Source: Chitinophagales bacterium (GTDB lineage: Bacteria; Bacteroidota; Bacteroidia; Chitinophagales; Chitinophagaceae). From it: a DNA stretch of 64,000 bases. The stretch covers positions 9,635 to 73,634 of the forward strand of contig JAAFIK010000020.1 in assembly GCA_013298665.1 (NCBI GenBank). Reading direction: 5' to 3'. Position 1 is the stretch's first letter. Every line of letters starts with the position of its first letter. This document shows positions 48,601 through 58,613 of the stretch, in pieces. Position numbers and translations under genes: made by a program. The notes below the pieces were generated by a model that saw only the letters and a list, made by a program, of their open reading frames with translations, was not told the DNA's origin and did no database searches.

Positions 48601-51600
48601 AACCCATTTGCAGGCTGATCATCAACGGGATGGTTACCGGGGAAGCATTACTTGTGCAATGGCAGTACAGTACCCGGCACTATGCAGCAGATACCATCGC
48701 TTCGGTTGCAGCCACCTTTCAGGAAGTACTGGAAACCCTGGTGCGCGATTGCAGACACCAGCAACCTGTATTTACACCTGCCGATTATGGTCTTGGCGAT
48801 AGTGTTGACTATAGGGAACTTGATGATTTCCTGGGTGTGGATACCCCTGCTTCCACAAGTATTACCCGGGAAGACACCGATGCCGCCAGCATCCGTATGT
48901 TTATCGATAACCTCGCTGCACAGGATTTTTTTCTGGTTGTGGAAAAGGAAAACCTCATACTGCGCACAAAAAAAGGGAAACCGCCGGGCGGGCAGCGGGT
49001 AAAGCCTGCATCTTCAATCGTGAACTATATCAAAACCCACAAAGCTGCACTTATGCAGCATCTTTCCGGTACTGAAACTGCTGTACAGCAAAAGCCCCGG
49101 AAAAAAGTGACGGGTATTTGTAAACTCTCCCCCTTACAGGCCGGGATGCTCTTTCACGGGCTTTATGAGCAGCATACCCTCGCCTATATCGAACAGTTCT
49201 GCTGCAGGTGCAGCAACCTTGATCCCGTACTGTTTTCGCGTGGGTGGCACATACTCGTCGTGCAGCACAGTATCCTCAGGACGGCTTTTTATGCAAATAC
49301 ATTTAATATACCCGTTCAATGTGTACAGGAGAATGTTGTACTGCCCATCACCATTATTGACTATCGTCAACTGGATAAGGCTAAACAGGAACAGGCTATT
49401 GCTGCATACAAGAGTGCCGACCAGCAGCAGCCTTTCGATTTTGAGCAGGCACCATTGATGCGTATTGGGTTGCTCAGGCTCAGCGAACAGGAATGGCATA
49501 TGGTATGGACCTATCACCATATACTGGTAGATGGCTGGTCTATGCAATTGCTGATGCAGTCTTTTCTTACGATCTATGAAGCCCTCGTATCCGGCGAAGC
49601 ATTACCGCAGGTTAAGGAAGACCGCTATGAAGATTATATCCGGTATATTGAGCGGCAGGATAAGGCCAAAGAAGAAGCCTTCTGGCGGGGGTATATGGCT
49701 GGTATGGATACGGCCACATTATTACCCTTTATACATTCCCTGGCCGATCGTAATAAAACAGTGGAGACGTTCAGTGCCGAGTATCTTGTATTGGATGAGG
49801 CACAGTCGGTACAACTGCAGTCCTGGGCACAACAGCAACGGGTTACCATGAATACGGTATTGCAGGGGGTATGGGCAATACTATTGCACCATTATACAGG
49901 CAACAATCATATTGCATACGGGATAACCGTATCCGGCCGGCCCGCTGATTTAAAAAATGTAGAGGAGAAAATTGGCATCTACAGCAACCTGAATCCGCTG
50001 CATTCCTGCTGGCGGGCTGAGCAGGATATTGCCGGATGGCTGCAGGATATGCAGTTGCAACAGCTCCTGTCAAGAGAGTTCCAGTACAGTTCGGTGAATG
50101 ACATACAACGCTGGACGGGTATTATGGGTGACTGGTTCGACAGCATACTCACTTTTGAAAATTATCCGCTGAGCCGGATGCTGGCTTCGCGTCAATGGTC
50201 GCTCAGTATTGAAGCTACTGAAAAGTATGAGCGGACAACCAATTATCCCATGAGTGTACGTGTGGTACCCGGCACCAATACCCAGGTACAGTTTATCTAT
50301 AAAAGCAGTCTTCTGCCGCAGGCATCAGCAGCGCAGATCGCCCGTCACTTCAGGGAGGTGCTGCTCGGGATGATTACCGGTAAGGCAACCACCGTAGGCA
50401 GTCTGCAGTTGATGGGCGACATCGAACGGCAGAGCTTACTGGATACTTTTTCTGCCGGGGACACTGTACCCGTACCCACCGGTACATCCATCACCGGTCT
50501 GTTTGCCGAACAGGTAAACGCTACGCCGGATCATCCGGCACTGGTGTTTGAAAATATAACCATTACCTATAAGGTATTAGACGATCAGGCGGTATGCCTG
50601 GCGCATCACCTCATCAACCATGGTATTGATTCGGGAGATATGGTCCCCATCTGTATGGAACGCAGTGTACACTTCATCATTGCCATATTCGCCACCCTGA
50701 AAGCAGGTGCCGCTTATGTTCCCATCGATCCTGCATACCCGGCAGAACGCGTTGCTTATATGCTTAAAGATACCGCAGCAAAACTGGTGCTTACGGATGA
50801 AGGTTCACGCAGCCTCCTGCCTGCTGACCTGCCCGTACTGCTTCCTGCTGCTGTTTTGACCGGTACTGGCGGTTTGCCTGCACCGATACATAAACACCCG
50901 GAACCACACGATCTGGCATACGTTATCTATACTTCCGGAAGTACCGGGTTACCCAAGGGTGTGATGATCGAACATGGTAACCTGCTGCATTCTGTATGGG
51001 CGCGTAAAGCATATTATGGCCCGGCAGGGGCAGCCTTTCTCGTGCCTTCATTTGCTTTCGACTCTTCCGTAGCCGTTATTTTCGGCACGTTGCTCAGCGG
51101 TGGTCAACTGTTGTTTTGCCGGGAAGAATGGTTAAAAGATACCCGTTATCTTGAAACGATATTACCGCAGACGGATATGTTGCTTTGCGTACCTTCCTAC
51201 TACCAGTTCCTGCTCCAGGAACGGTTGCTGGACAATACCCGGCTGCAAACGGTGATCCTTGCGGGGGAGCCACTGGAGCCCTCACTTGTCCGCCAGCACT
51301 ATACCGTATCGGCAGCACAGCTATACAATGAGTACGGGCCCACCGAAGCCAGTGTATGGGCTACCGTAAGCCATGTTAAAAAAGAAGACCGGCAGGTAAC
51401 GATCGGCAGACCTGTACCAAACCTCAGCCTGTATATCCTCGATGCTGCCGGTTGCCCGGTGCCGGAAGGTATTCCGGGTGAAATATATATTGGCGGGCCA
51501 CAGGTGGCAAGAGGGTATCTTAACCAGACAATACTTACCGGGGAGAAATTTGTAACCATTGCTGCAGACGGGCATACACCCCGCCGCCTCTACCGCACCA

Positions 51601-54600
51601 ATGACCGGGCCCGCTGGCTGCCCAATGGTGAAATTATGTTTCTTGGCCGGTCAGACGACCAGGTAAAGATCAGGGGCTACAGGGTTGAACCCGGTGAAAT
51701 AGAAGCTGTACTCCATCGTGCACCCGGCATACAGCAGGCTGTTGTACTGGCCGCAGAAAACGCCCGGGGACAGCAGCAATTGATGGCATTTGTCGTTTGT
51801 CATGAACCGCCTGACAGGGATGGCCTGCAGGAGTACCTGAGGGCTTATCTGCCGGGATACATGGTGCCTGGTATTGTTATTCGTGTCAACAGCATTCCCC
51901 TCACGGCAAATGGTAAAACGGATAAGAAAAAATTAACCGCAGTTTACCAGTCGCAGGTGCAGCAACAGCAATACACCGCACCGGTTAACCATACGCAGGA
52001 ACGCCTTGCAGAGATGTGGCAGTCTATCCTTGAACAGCCCAAAGTGGGCATACACGACGATTTCTTTGACCTGGGCGGACACTCGCTGTCTGCCATGCGT
52101 CTGGTGGCAGCTATACGGCGGCAATGGAATATCGACCTGCCACTCAGGACCGTATTCAGCCATGCAACAATTGCACAGTTAGCCCCGCTGCTCCGGCAGC
52201 AAACAGTTGCTGCCGATGCGGCATTGGCAAAGCGCCCGGACAATGAACCTGCCCGTCTTTCTTTTGCGCAGGAACGCCTCTGGTTTATTCACCGGTTGCA
52301 GGGCAGTACACAATACCAGTTGCCCTGGTTGTTCCGGCTCACCGGGCACCTCAACATCCAGGCCATGCAAATGGCATTTACCACCATTTTGCAACGCCAT
52401 GAGGTACTGCGAACCATTATTAAAGCAGCGGATGGCACCGGCACCCCCTGCCTGCTGGAGGCAAACAGGTGGGGTATGGATGTACAGACCGGGAATGGTG
52501 CACCTGCAACCGATATCCTCAGCGATATTTACCAATGGCTGCAACTGCCGGTCAACCTCAGCCAGGATTATATGCTCAGGGCCCGGCTGGTCATTACCGG
52601 CAACAGTACATATCTGCTTGGCCTGGTGGTACACCATATTGCTTTTGACGGATGGTCGGTAGCTGTTTTGGTGGATGAATGGATGGCCTTGTACAACAGC
52701 TTTTCCACCCAACAGGCACATGCACTGCCCGAACCCTTACTCCAGTATGCAGATTACGCCCACTGGCAAAGAAAACAACAGAACCAGTCCCGTGAAAAAT
52801 TGCTTGAATATTGGGCTGCCCATCTTGCAGGTGTAACACCCGTTGATATACCCACCGACTATCTGCGGCCTGTGAGACAAAGCATAGCGGGGGCACAGGT
52901 AAGCCTTCAGCTCAGCCCGGTGCTGAGCAACCGCCTGCAACAGTTTGCCCGCGAAGAAAATGTAACCTTGTTTATGGTACTGCTTGCTGCAGCCAATGTA
53001 TTGCTCAGCAGGTACAGCAGGCAGGACGACATCTGTATCGGAACGCCGGTTGCCGGCCGTCAGCATACCGCACTCGAAAAAATGATCGGGTTATTTGTCA
53101 ATACCCTGCCCATGCGTAACCGGTTGAAAGCAGGACAGTCTTTCAGTGATTTGCTGCAGCAGGTAAAAGCGTCAACGCTTTCGGCCTACGAACACCAGGA
53201 GCTCCCCTTTGAGCAGATGGTTGATGTACTCGGTCTTGCCCGTGATCCTGCCCGTCACCCGGTATTCCAGGTGGTACTGTCGCTGCACAATATGCCCGCC
53301 GCGGCGAACCTGCAACTCCACGAGCTGGACTGCACCCTGCTGCCTGTAGCACGTACCACTACTGCTTTTGAACTTGACTTTGACATTACCCTCGGCGACC
53401 AGGGGTTGCGCGTGGTACTGACTTACTGTTCCGAACTCTTTGCCGAGCCACGGATGCAGCATTTTCTGGCTCACTATGTTCACCTGCTGGAGCGTTTTGC
53501 CGCAGATCCGGCCATTGCTGTTGATCTGGCGCCCATGTGGACGTCCGGTGAAGAAATGGCCGGCCGGTTGCAGTTGGCGGTTAAAGCGTTTCCCGAAAAC
53601 GGGGCAGGTAATGTTGTACAATGTTTTGCCGCACAGGTAGCACAGGCACCCGATGCCGTGGCACTGGTTTTTGGTGATGCCTGCTGGAGCTACCGTAGGC
53701 TGGATGAAGAGAGTAACCAGCTTGCCCATTACCTCTGCAGCATCGGTATAAAGGAAGGGACCCCGGTTCCCCTTTGCATCGACCGCAGCGCAACACTCAT
53801 CATCACTATACTGGCTATCCTGAAAGCAGGCGGCGCCTATGTACCCATCGATCCGGCCTATCCGGCCAGCCGCATATCGTATATGCTTGCAGACATCGGC
53901 ATGCCTTTGCTGCTGGTGGATAAAGCATATCCGGTACTTGCGGATATTGACGATACGGTGATGCAGGTACTGGTGGATATGCAGCGCGACCAGTTGCGTA
54001 CCCAGCCATCTGCTCCCGTCGATATTGCTGTTCAGCCCGGTACGCTGGCCTATATCATGTATACGTCCGGCTCCACCGGAAAACCAAAAGGTGTAATGAT
54101 CGAACACCAGAATATCGTGAGTCTTGTACGGTCGGTGAACGATATGCCGCTGCAGCCGGGGGATACCTTACTGGCTACAGGTTCACCCTCTTTTGATGCC
54201 ACTACTTTTGAATACTGGGGTACCCTGCTTAATGGAGCCCGTCTTGTGATGTGCAGCCAGGAAACCCTGCTGGATACAGCATTGCTGCAGGCAGCCATCC
54301 GCCGGGAAAACGTGAACAAACTCTGGATGACCATTGGCTGGTTCAACCAGTTGGTAGAAACCGTTCCGGAAATATTCAGCACCCTCAACCATATTATTAC
54401 CGGCGGAGACCGGCTGTCGGCAGCCCATATTGCGCAGTTGCAGAAAGCCTGTCCGCAACTGACAATCGTCAGTGCGTATGGGCCTACTGAAAATACCACT
54501 TATTCAACGACTTATGTCATTCCGCCGGTTGACGGCCGTGCAGCCATTCCGCTTGGATGGCCTGTCGCATACAGAGGTGCCTTTGTGCTGGATAGACACG

Positions 54601-57600
54601 GCCGTCTTTGCCCGCCCGGTGTACCCGGAGAGTTGTATGTTGGCGGTGCAGGTCTCGCCAGGGGATACTGGAAACAGCCGGAGCTCACCGGTGAAAGGTT
54701 TACCGAAATTGCGCCCTTCGGGCGTTTATACCGGACCGGCGATATGGCATATGCCCGGCCGGATGGCAACCTCATTTTTCTTGGCAGGGACGATGAACAG
54801 GTAAAGATCCGGGGTTACCGCGTTGAACCCGGAGAAGTTGAGCGCCTCCTGGAAGAAGCACCGGGTATCCGGCAGGGCGTTGTGGTGGTGGCACGCGACA
54901 CGGCAGGTATAAAATGCCTCGTGGCTTATGTCATTCCGGGTGATGATTATGAAAGCGGGGCTGTAACCGGTTACCTGAAAGCACGGTTGCCGGAGTATAT
55001 GGTACCACAGGCGGTTGTTCCGGCGGAGCAATTGCCATTAACGGGCAATGGTAAGGTTGACCGTAAGGCTTTGGCCGCCCAACCCTTACCCGATGGTACG
55101 CATAGTGAAGCCACAGGATATATTGCACCCGCTACGTCAACCGAAGCCATACTGGCAGCGTTATGGGAAACCCTGCTCAGTAAGAAAAGGATCGGTACCC
55201 GGGATGATTTTTTTGCGCTCGGGGGGCATTCCATCATGGCCATGCGCCTGGCATCCGATATCCATAAAACCCTGCTCAAAGAACTGCCCATACGGGATAT
55301 ATTTGAACACCCCACGATTGCGGAACTGGCAGCAATACTGGAAAATATTTTACCCGATGCGGTTCCCTTACTGCCCTGCCGGGAAGAGGGGATTAACATA
55401 CCGCTTTCATTTTCCCAGGAACGCCTCTGGTTTATCGACCAGTTGCAGGGCTCCGTTCAATACCATATGTCATGGCTGTTCCGGCTGAAAGGTACCCTTA
55501 ACGTTGCAGCGCTGGAAGCTGCCTTTACAACCATTGTACAAAGGCATAGCGTGCTGCGTACTGTTGTACAGGAAATGGATGGCATCGGTTACCAGCAGGT
55601 TAATCCGGCGGCTGACTGGAAGATGGTGTATATAACGGTACCGGATATCATCGCCGGCAACACCACCGTAGAGGAGTACATCCGGGAGCGGGTACAAACA
55701 CCTTTCAACCTCGCCGCCGATCCCATGCTCAAAGTGACCATGATACAGGTAGCTGCAGATGAACATATCCTCTCCACCCTGTTTCACCATATTGCTTTTG
55801 ACGGTTGGTCCATCAGTATTATGGTTGATGAACTGGTGCAGCTTTACCACAGTTTTGTTGCAGGACAGCCGGATAAACTGACGCCCCTGCCTGTGCAATA
55901 TGCCGACTATGCCATCTGGCAGCGCGAGCACCTTTCCGGCAGCCGGCTCAACGCCAAGCTGGCCTACTGGAAAAATAAGCTGTCGGGTCTCCAGCCGCTC
56001 AACCTGCCCACAGATTATGTGCGCCCGCCTGTGCAGAGTACAAAGGGGCAAAGCATAAAATTTGTTATTGAACCCGCATTGACGGCACGTCTTGAACAAT
56101 GGGCGCAGGTACACGGCGCAACGCCCTTTATGGCCCTGCTCACGGCTTTTAAAATACTGTTGTACCGTTATACCGGTCAGCCGGATATTGCTGTAGGCAC
56201 ACCCGCTGCCAATCGTTTGCAACCTGCGGCTGCACCACTGATCGGCTTTTTTGTCAATACCCTTGTGCTCCGGGATTGTATTGACGGGGAAAGCGATGCA
56301 TGTACACTTCTGCAGCAGGTGAAAACAACCGCGCTCGAAGCCTATGCCGAACAGGATACGCCGTTCGAGAAAGTGGTGGAAGCCGTAGCTGTGGAAAGGA
56401 ATATGGACAATTCCCCGCTTTTTCAGGTGTTTTTCGCCCTGCAGAACATTCCTGAAGTAAAACCACTCAGCTTTGCCGGTGTTGAACTGTCGGTTATACC
56501 CGCAGCAACCGAAACGGCCAAGTTTGACCTGTATTTTGATTTTACACAGACACCCGAAGGCCTGCATACGCTTGTACAGTTTTGTACAGACCTGTTCAGT
56601 CCCGATACCATCAGCAGGATGTTTATGCACTTCAGGCAATTACTGGTATCCATGCTTGACCAGCCTGCGCAGAAGATCAGCCGCCTCAATATGCTGACCC
56701 CCGCAGAAGAGGCACAGTTGAATGATTTTAACAATACCGCACAGCCCTTTCCTGAAGGGGCAAGCATAACCGGTTGGTTTGAAGAACAGGTCAGGCAAAC
56801 ACCCGCCAGACCCGCGGTGGTGATGAACGGGGAGTCGCTCAGTTATACCGCATTAAACCGGCAGGCTAATATACTGGCAAACCGGCTTTTGTCAACCGGC
56901 GTGCAACCGGGTAGCCGGGTAATCGTTTGCACAGAGCGTTCCTTTGGAATGATTGCAGCCGTACTGGCTGTTCTTAAGGCGGGTGCCACCGTGGTGCCGG
57001 TAGATCCGGGATATCCTGCAGAACGGATTGCCTTTATGCTGCAGGATGCGGCTGCAACGGCCATACTCAGCAGCACCCGTTGCATGGGTATTGTACCCGC
57101 AACGGTCGGCCTGTCCCTGATCCTTGTTGATGAAAGCGGTAAGGATCATACGGATGCAGCACAGGAAAATCCGGCTATGGTTACCGATCCTGCAATACCC
57201 GTTTACCTCATTTATACTTCCGGGTCAACCGGCAAACCCAAGGGCGTATTACTGCCCCGGCAGGCCCTGCAGAACCTTTTGTACTGGCAGCACCGGTGCG
57301 GAGTGAACCGTCCGGGTGAAAGGATCCTCCAGTTTGCCAGCCTCAACTTTGATGTCAGCTTTCAGGAGATCGGCAGCGCCCTGTGTTTTGGACATACCCT
57401 TTGTCTCGTTGATGAAGACCTCCGGAAAGATATGCAGGAACTGACCAGCCTGATCAACCGGGAAGCGCTTACGCAATTGTTTATTCCTTATGTGGTACTG
57501 AAAAACCTGGCTGAATATGCCGGCCAGTCCGGTAGCTATCCCACTACTATCCGGGCCATATTTACTGCCGGCGAGCAGCTCCGTCTTACAGAAGATATCC

Positions 57601-58577
57601 GCCGGTTTGTACAACATTCCGGGCTGCGGCTATTCAACCAGTATGGCCCGTCAGAAGCGCATGTGGTGAGCGCCTATGAAGTACAGGATGCCGATTATGC
57701 CCTCCGGCCCTTACCCCCCATCGGCAAACCCATTGCCAATACACAGTTGTATATCGCAGATGCCGGCAAAACCATCTGCGGTATCGGCATCATTGGTGAG
57801 TTGTACATTGGTGGTGTGCAGGTAGCATCGGGGTATTTCAACCAGCCCGGTCTCACCGCCATAAAATTTATACCCGATCATTTCGGCAGGCAACCGGGTG
57901 CAAGGCTCTATTGTACAGGTGATAAAGCAAGATGGCTGCCCGATGGTACGATTGAATTTCTCGGTCGCCTGGATGACCAGGTGAAGATACGCGGCTACCG
58001 TGTTGAACCCGGTGAAATCGAATCTGTATTGCAGCAGATGCCCGGCATACTGCAGGCTATTGTACTGGCAAGCCGCGACCAGCGGGGTGATCCATTCCTC
58101 GCGGCTTATCTGCGTACGGATGCCAAACGCGATACGGATGCTGTATATGCCCATCTCAGGCAGAACCTGCCCGTGTATATGATCCCTGCTGCGGTGATCT
58201 ATATCGATGAAGTGCCATTGACCAGTAATGGAAAAGTGGACAAACAAAAGCTGCCGGGTATCGACATGAACCGCCTCAGCACACATCGCTATGCAGCACC
58301 CCGAAACGATACCGAAGCCAGACTGGTAGCCTTGTGGCAGGAACTGCTGGGTATTGCTGAAGTGGGTATACATGATGATTTCTTTGCATCGGGCGGACAT
58401 TCCCTGCTGGTAACCCGGATGCGTGCTGCACTGCGTAAATTATTCAGCCTTGACGTGTCTGTACGCGTTCTCTTCCAGCTTACCACACCCGAAGCCATCG
58501 CCGCTTATATCGACCTGCAGCGAGCAGCCGGTACCACTGCTCACGAGCCGGACAACTATGATACCATACAACTCTGA
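45627..58577 (+). CDS. NRPS-3: A-T-E-(internal dock)-C-A-T-C-A-T-C-A-T (4316 aa)
   Basis: Starts about 27 aa before an A domain, with no C domain. A cores MYTSGSTGKPKG (x2), IYTSGSTGLPKG and IYTSGSTGKPKG. T cores GGDSI, GGHSL, GGHSI and GGHSL. E motif HHLVVDGVSW. C motifs HHILVDGWS (preceded by LSPLQAGMLFH, DCL-type) and HHIAFDGWS (x2). Confidence 0.95.
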   Translation: MDNLESTTMTGQQSAGDNGSIATLSPGGQSLVQIFTRQVQQHPAAVALLMGKEKMTYQELDQRSNQVAHGLRLQGVRPGDAIGLLSERGTAMVVSLWGILKAGGIYVPLSTSYPAERLQYMVRDAGVTCIVHTAESLLDQLGLPDHGLTLDEYDCRFYPVTPVEDATTAAAGAYIMYTSGSTGKPKGILVTHANIVQLVFDPGPIRILPGDRVLQWSDYAFDGSVYDMFGSLLNGACLCLVRGNTSDVYALGRLIAEQEVSLAFFTTALLNNFADACPEALRDMRKVLFGGEEASVAHVRNILEVLGPGKLVHVYGPTETTVFATAYAVNTIEAEQYIPIGKPLKDARILLLGADGHPVSAGSPGEICIGGGGVSAGYLRNETLTAEKFVHRNGARYYHSGDLAREDEAGNLIFMGRIDGQIKLRGYRIEPGEIEALLLQCPGVQQAVVLLHTTGETHKKLAGFLVTGNGYDKAAMLDVVQGQLPAWMIPAVWMELPHIPLTPNGKTDRAALIHLLSAPDKEQETADTRSVAEEVFTQIWQDTLGIRRVGITDNFFDLGGDSIISIQVVSRARKAGYNLSPKDIFEYPTIRALAAYWQSEDRPGPGEREQGLLTGLCGLLPVQHWYFEQGLARHSHFNQAVLLGIGKPVTQDQLQQIYTRLTDHHDALRFVFTPQNGGWEQVYGNPELRLQVIDMEAVAAGDFAATLLAHSNSIQESLCIETGELFRMVLFNTPAFEQQNRLLLVIHHLVVDGVSWRILIEDIERLLDNPAAALPPKTASCRDWQEALLYYARQKTVQEEAHYWAETIATAERLPTDYTYETPLVQDDMQQYCIRLSAASTKALLQDIPALFHTGINDILLTALGISVCAFAGTSQVVIGLEGHGRESIAGDIDLSRTVGWFTSLYPLRLEVQDKNPVEVLKHTKEQLRRVPGRGMGYMVLKYLQRLPGLQGPDCWDLLFNYLGQLDRVATGHGPLSVVQESAGQNTAAANKPICRLIINGMVTGEALLVQWQYSTRHYAADTIASVAATFQEVLETLVRDCRHQQPVFTPADYGLGDSVDYRELDDFLGVDTPASTSITREDTDAASIRMFIDNLAAQDFFLVVEKENLILRTKKGKPPGGQRVKPASSIVNYIKTHKAALMQHLSGTETAVQQKPRKKVTGICKLSPLQAGMLFHGLYEQHTLAYIEQFCCRCSNLDPVLFSRGWHILVVQHSILRTAFYANTFNIPVQCVQENVVLPITIIDYRQLDKAKQEQAIAAYKSADQQQPFDFEQAPLMRIGLLRLSEQEWHMVWTYHHILVDGWSMQLLMQSFLTIYEALVSGEALPQVKEDRYEDYIRYIERQDKAKEEAFWRGYMAGMDTATLLPFIHSLADRNKTVETFSAEYLVLDEAQSVQLQSWAQQQRVTMNTVLQGVWAILLHHYTGNNHIAYGITVSGRPADLKNVEEKIGIYSNLNPLHSCWRAEQDIAGWLQDMQLQQLLSREFQYSSVNDIQRWTGIMGDWFDSILTFENYPLSRMLASRQWSLSIEATEKYERTTNYPMSVRVVPGTNTQVQFIYKSSLLPQASAAQIARHFREVLLGMITGKATTVGSLQLMGDIERQSLLDTFSAGDTVPVPTGTSITGLFAEQVNATPDHPALVFENITITYKVLDDQAVCLAHHLINHGIDSGDMVPICMERSVHFIIAIFATLKAGAAYVPIDPAYPAERVAYMLKDTAAKLVLTDEGSRSLLPADLPVLLPAAVLTGTGGLPAPIHKHPEPHDLAYVIYTSGSTGLPKGVMIEHGNLLHSVWARKAYYGPAGAAFLVPSFAFDSSVAVIFGTLLSGGQLLFCREEWLKDTRYLETILPQTDMLLCVPSYYQFLLQERLLDNTRLQTVILAGEPLEPSLVRQHYTVSAAQLYNEYGPTEASVWATVSHVKKEDRQVTIGRPVPNLSLYILDAAGCPVPEGIPGEIYIGGPQVARGYLNQTILTGEKFVTIAADGHTPRRLYRTNDRARWLPNGEIMFLGRSDDQVKIRGYRVEPGEIEAVLHRAPGIQQAVVLAAENARGQQQLMAFVVCHEPPDRDGLQEYLRAYLPGYMVPGIVIRVNSIPLTANGKTDKKKLTAVYQSQVQQQQYTAPVNHTQERLAEMWQSILEQPKVGIHDDFFDLGGHSLSAMRLVAAIRRQWNIDLPLRTVFSHATIAQLAPLLRQQTVAADAALAKRPDNEPARLSFAQERLWFIHRLQGSTQYQLPWLFRLTGHLNIQAMQMAFTTILQRHEVLRTIIKAADGTGTPCLLEANRWGMDVQTGNGAPATDILSDIYQWLQLPVNLSQDYMLRARLVITGNSTYLLGLVVHHIAFDGWSVAVLVDEWMALYNSFSTQQAHALPEPLLQYADYAHWQRKQQNQSREKLLEYWAAHLAGVTPVDIPTDYLRPVRQSIAGAQVSLQLSPVLSNRLQQFAREENVTLFMVLLAAANVLLSRYSRQDDICIGTPVAGRQHTALEKMIGLFVNTLPMRNRLKAGQSFSDLLQQVKASTLSAYEHQELPFEQMVDVLGLARDPARHPVFQVVLSLHNMPAAANLQLHELDCTLLPVARTTTAFELDFDITLGDQGLRVVLTYCSELFAEPRMQHFLAHYVHLLERFAADPAIAVDLAPMWTSGEEMAGRLQLAVKAFPENGAGNVVQCFAAQVAQAPDAVALVFGDACWSYRRLDEESNQLAHYLCSIGIKEGTPVPLCIDRSATLIITILAILKAGGAYVPIDPAYPASRISYMLADIGMPLLLVDKAYPVLADIDDTVMQVLVDMQRDQLRTQPSAPVDIAVQPGTLAYIMYTSGSTGKPKGVMIEHQNIVSLVRSVNDMPLQPGDTLLATGSPSFDATTFEYWGTLLNGARLVMCSQETLLDTALLQAAIRRENVNKLWMTIGWFNQLVETVPEIFSTLNHIITGGDRLSAAHIAQLQKACPQLTIVSAYGPTENTTYSTTYVIPPVDGRAAIPLGWPVAYRGAFVLDRHGRLCPPGVPGELYVGGAGLARGYWKQPELTGERFTEIAPFGRLYRTGDMAYARPDGNLIFLGRDDEQVKIRGYRVEPGEVERLLEEAPGIRQGVVVVARDTAGIKCLVAYVIPGDDYESGAVTGYLKARLPEYMVPQAVVPAEQLPLTGNGKVDRKALAAQPLPDGTHSEATGYIAPATSTEAILAALWETLLSKKRIGTRDDFFALGGHSIMAMRLASDIHKTLLKELPIRDIFEHPTIAELAAILENILPDAVPLLPCREEGINIPLSFSQERLWFIDQLQGSVQYHMSWLFRLKGTLNVAALEAAFTTIVQRHSVLRTVVQEMDGIGYQQVNPAADWKMVYITVPDIIAGNTTVEEYIRERVQTPFNLAADPMLKVTMIQVAADEHILSTLFHHIAFDGWSISIMVDELVQLYHSFVAGQPDKLTPLPVQYADYAIWQREHLSGSRLNAKLAYWKNKLSGLQPLNLPTDYVRPPVQSTKGQSIKFVIEPALTARLEQWAQVHGATPFMALLTAFKILLYRYTGQPDIAVGTPAANRLQPAAAPLIGFFVNTLVLRDCIDGESDACTLLQQVKTTALEAYAEQDTPFEKVVEAVAVERNMDNSPLFQVFFALQNIPEVKPLSFAGVELSVIPAATETAKFDLYFDFTQTPEGLHTLVQFCTDLFSPDTISRMFMHFRQLLVSMLDQPAQKISRLNMLTPAEEAQLNDFNNTAQPFPEGASITGWFEEQVRQTPARPAVVMNGESLSYTALNRQANILANRLLSTGVQPGSRVIVCTERSFGMIAAVLAVLKAGATVVPVDPGYPAERIAFMLQDAAATAILSSTRCMGIVPATVGLSLILVDESGKDHTDAAQENPAMVTDPAIPVYLIYTSGSTGKPKGVLLPRQALQNLLYWQHRCGVNRPGERILQFASLNFDVSFQEIGSALCFGHTLCLVDEDLRKDMQELTSLINREALTQLFIPYVVLKNLAEYAGQSGSYPTTIRAIFTAGEQLRLTEDIRRFVQHSGLRLFNQYGPSEAHVVSAYEVQDADYALRPLPPIGKPIANTQLYIADAGKTICGIGIIGELYIGGVQVASGYFNQPGLTAIKFIPDHFGRQPGARLYCTGDKARWLPDGTIEFLGRLDDQVKIRGYRVEPGEIESVLQQMPGILQAIVLASRDQRGDPFLAAYLRTDAKRDTDAVYAHLRQNLPVYMIPAAVIYIDEVPLTSNGKVDKQKLPGIDMNRLSTHRYAAPRNDTEARLVALWQELLGIAEVGIHDDFFASGGHSLLVTRMRAALRKLFSLDVSVRVLFQLTTPEAIAAYIDLQRAAGTTAHEPDNYDTIQL
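45700..48830 (+). other. C-less A-T-E tridomain at the N-terminus of NRPS-3 (approximate bounds)
   Basis: A domain with hand-extracted code DGYFLGVVFK (Ile-like), T core FFDLGGDSIISIQVVSR, and E domain with HHLVVDGVSWRIL. No C domain between the start codon and the A domain. Confidence 0.85.
48885..49071 (+). other. TubC-N-like docking domain embedded internally in NRPS-3, between the E domain and a DCL-type C domain
   Basis: ASIRMFIDNLAAQDFFLVVEKENLILRTKKGKPPGGQRVKPASSIVNYIKTHKAALMQHLSG aligns by eye with the N-terminal docks of NRPS-2 (...GIAFFVEDGVLRIRKSKG...YKQEILTHLSG) and NRPS-4. Confidence 0.65.
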
Positions 58578-58613
58578 TGCTGTTTCTTTTTTATCCATTT
58601 AATCTGATCAATC

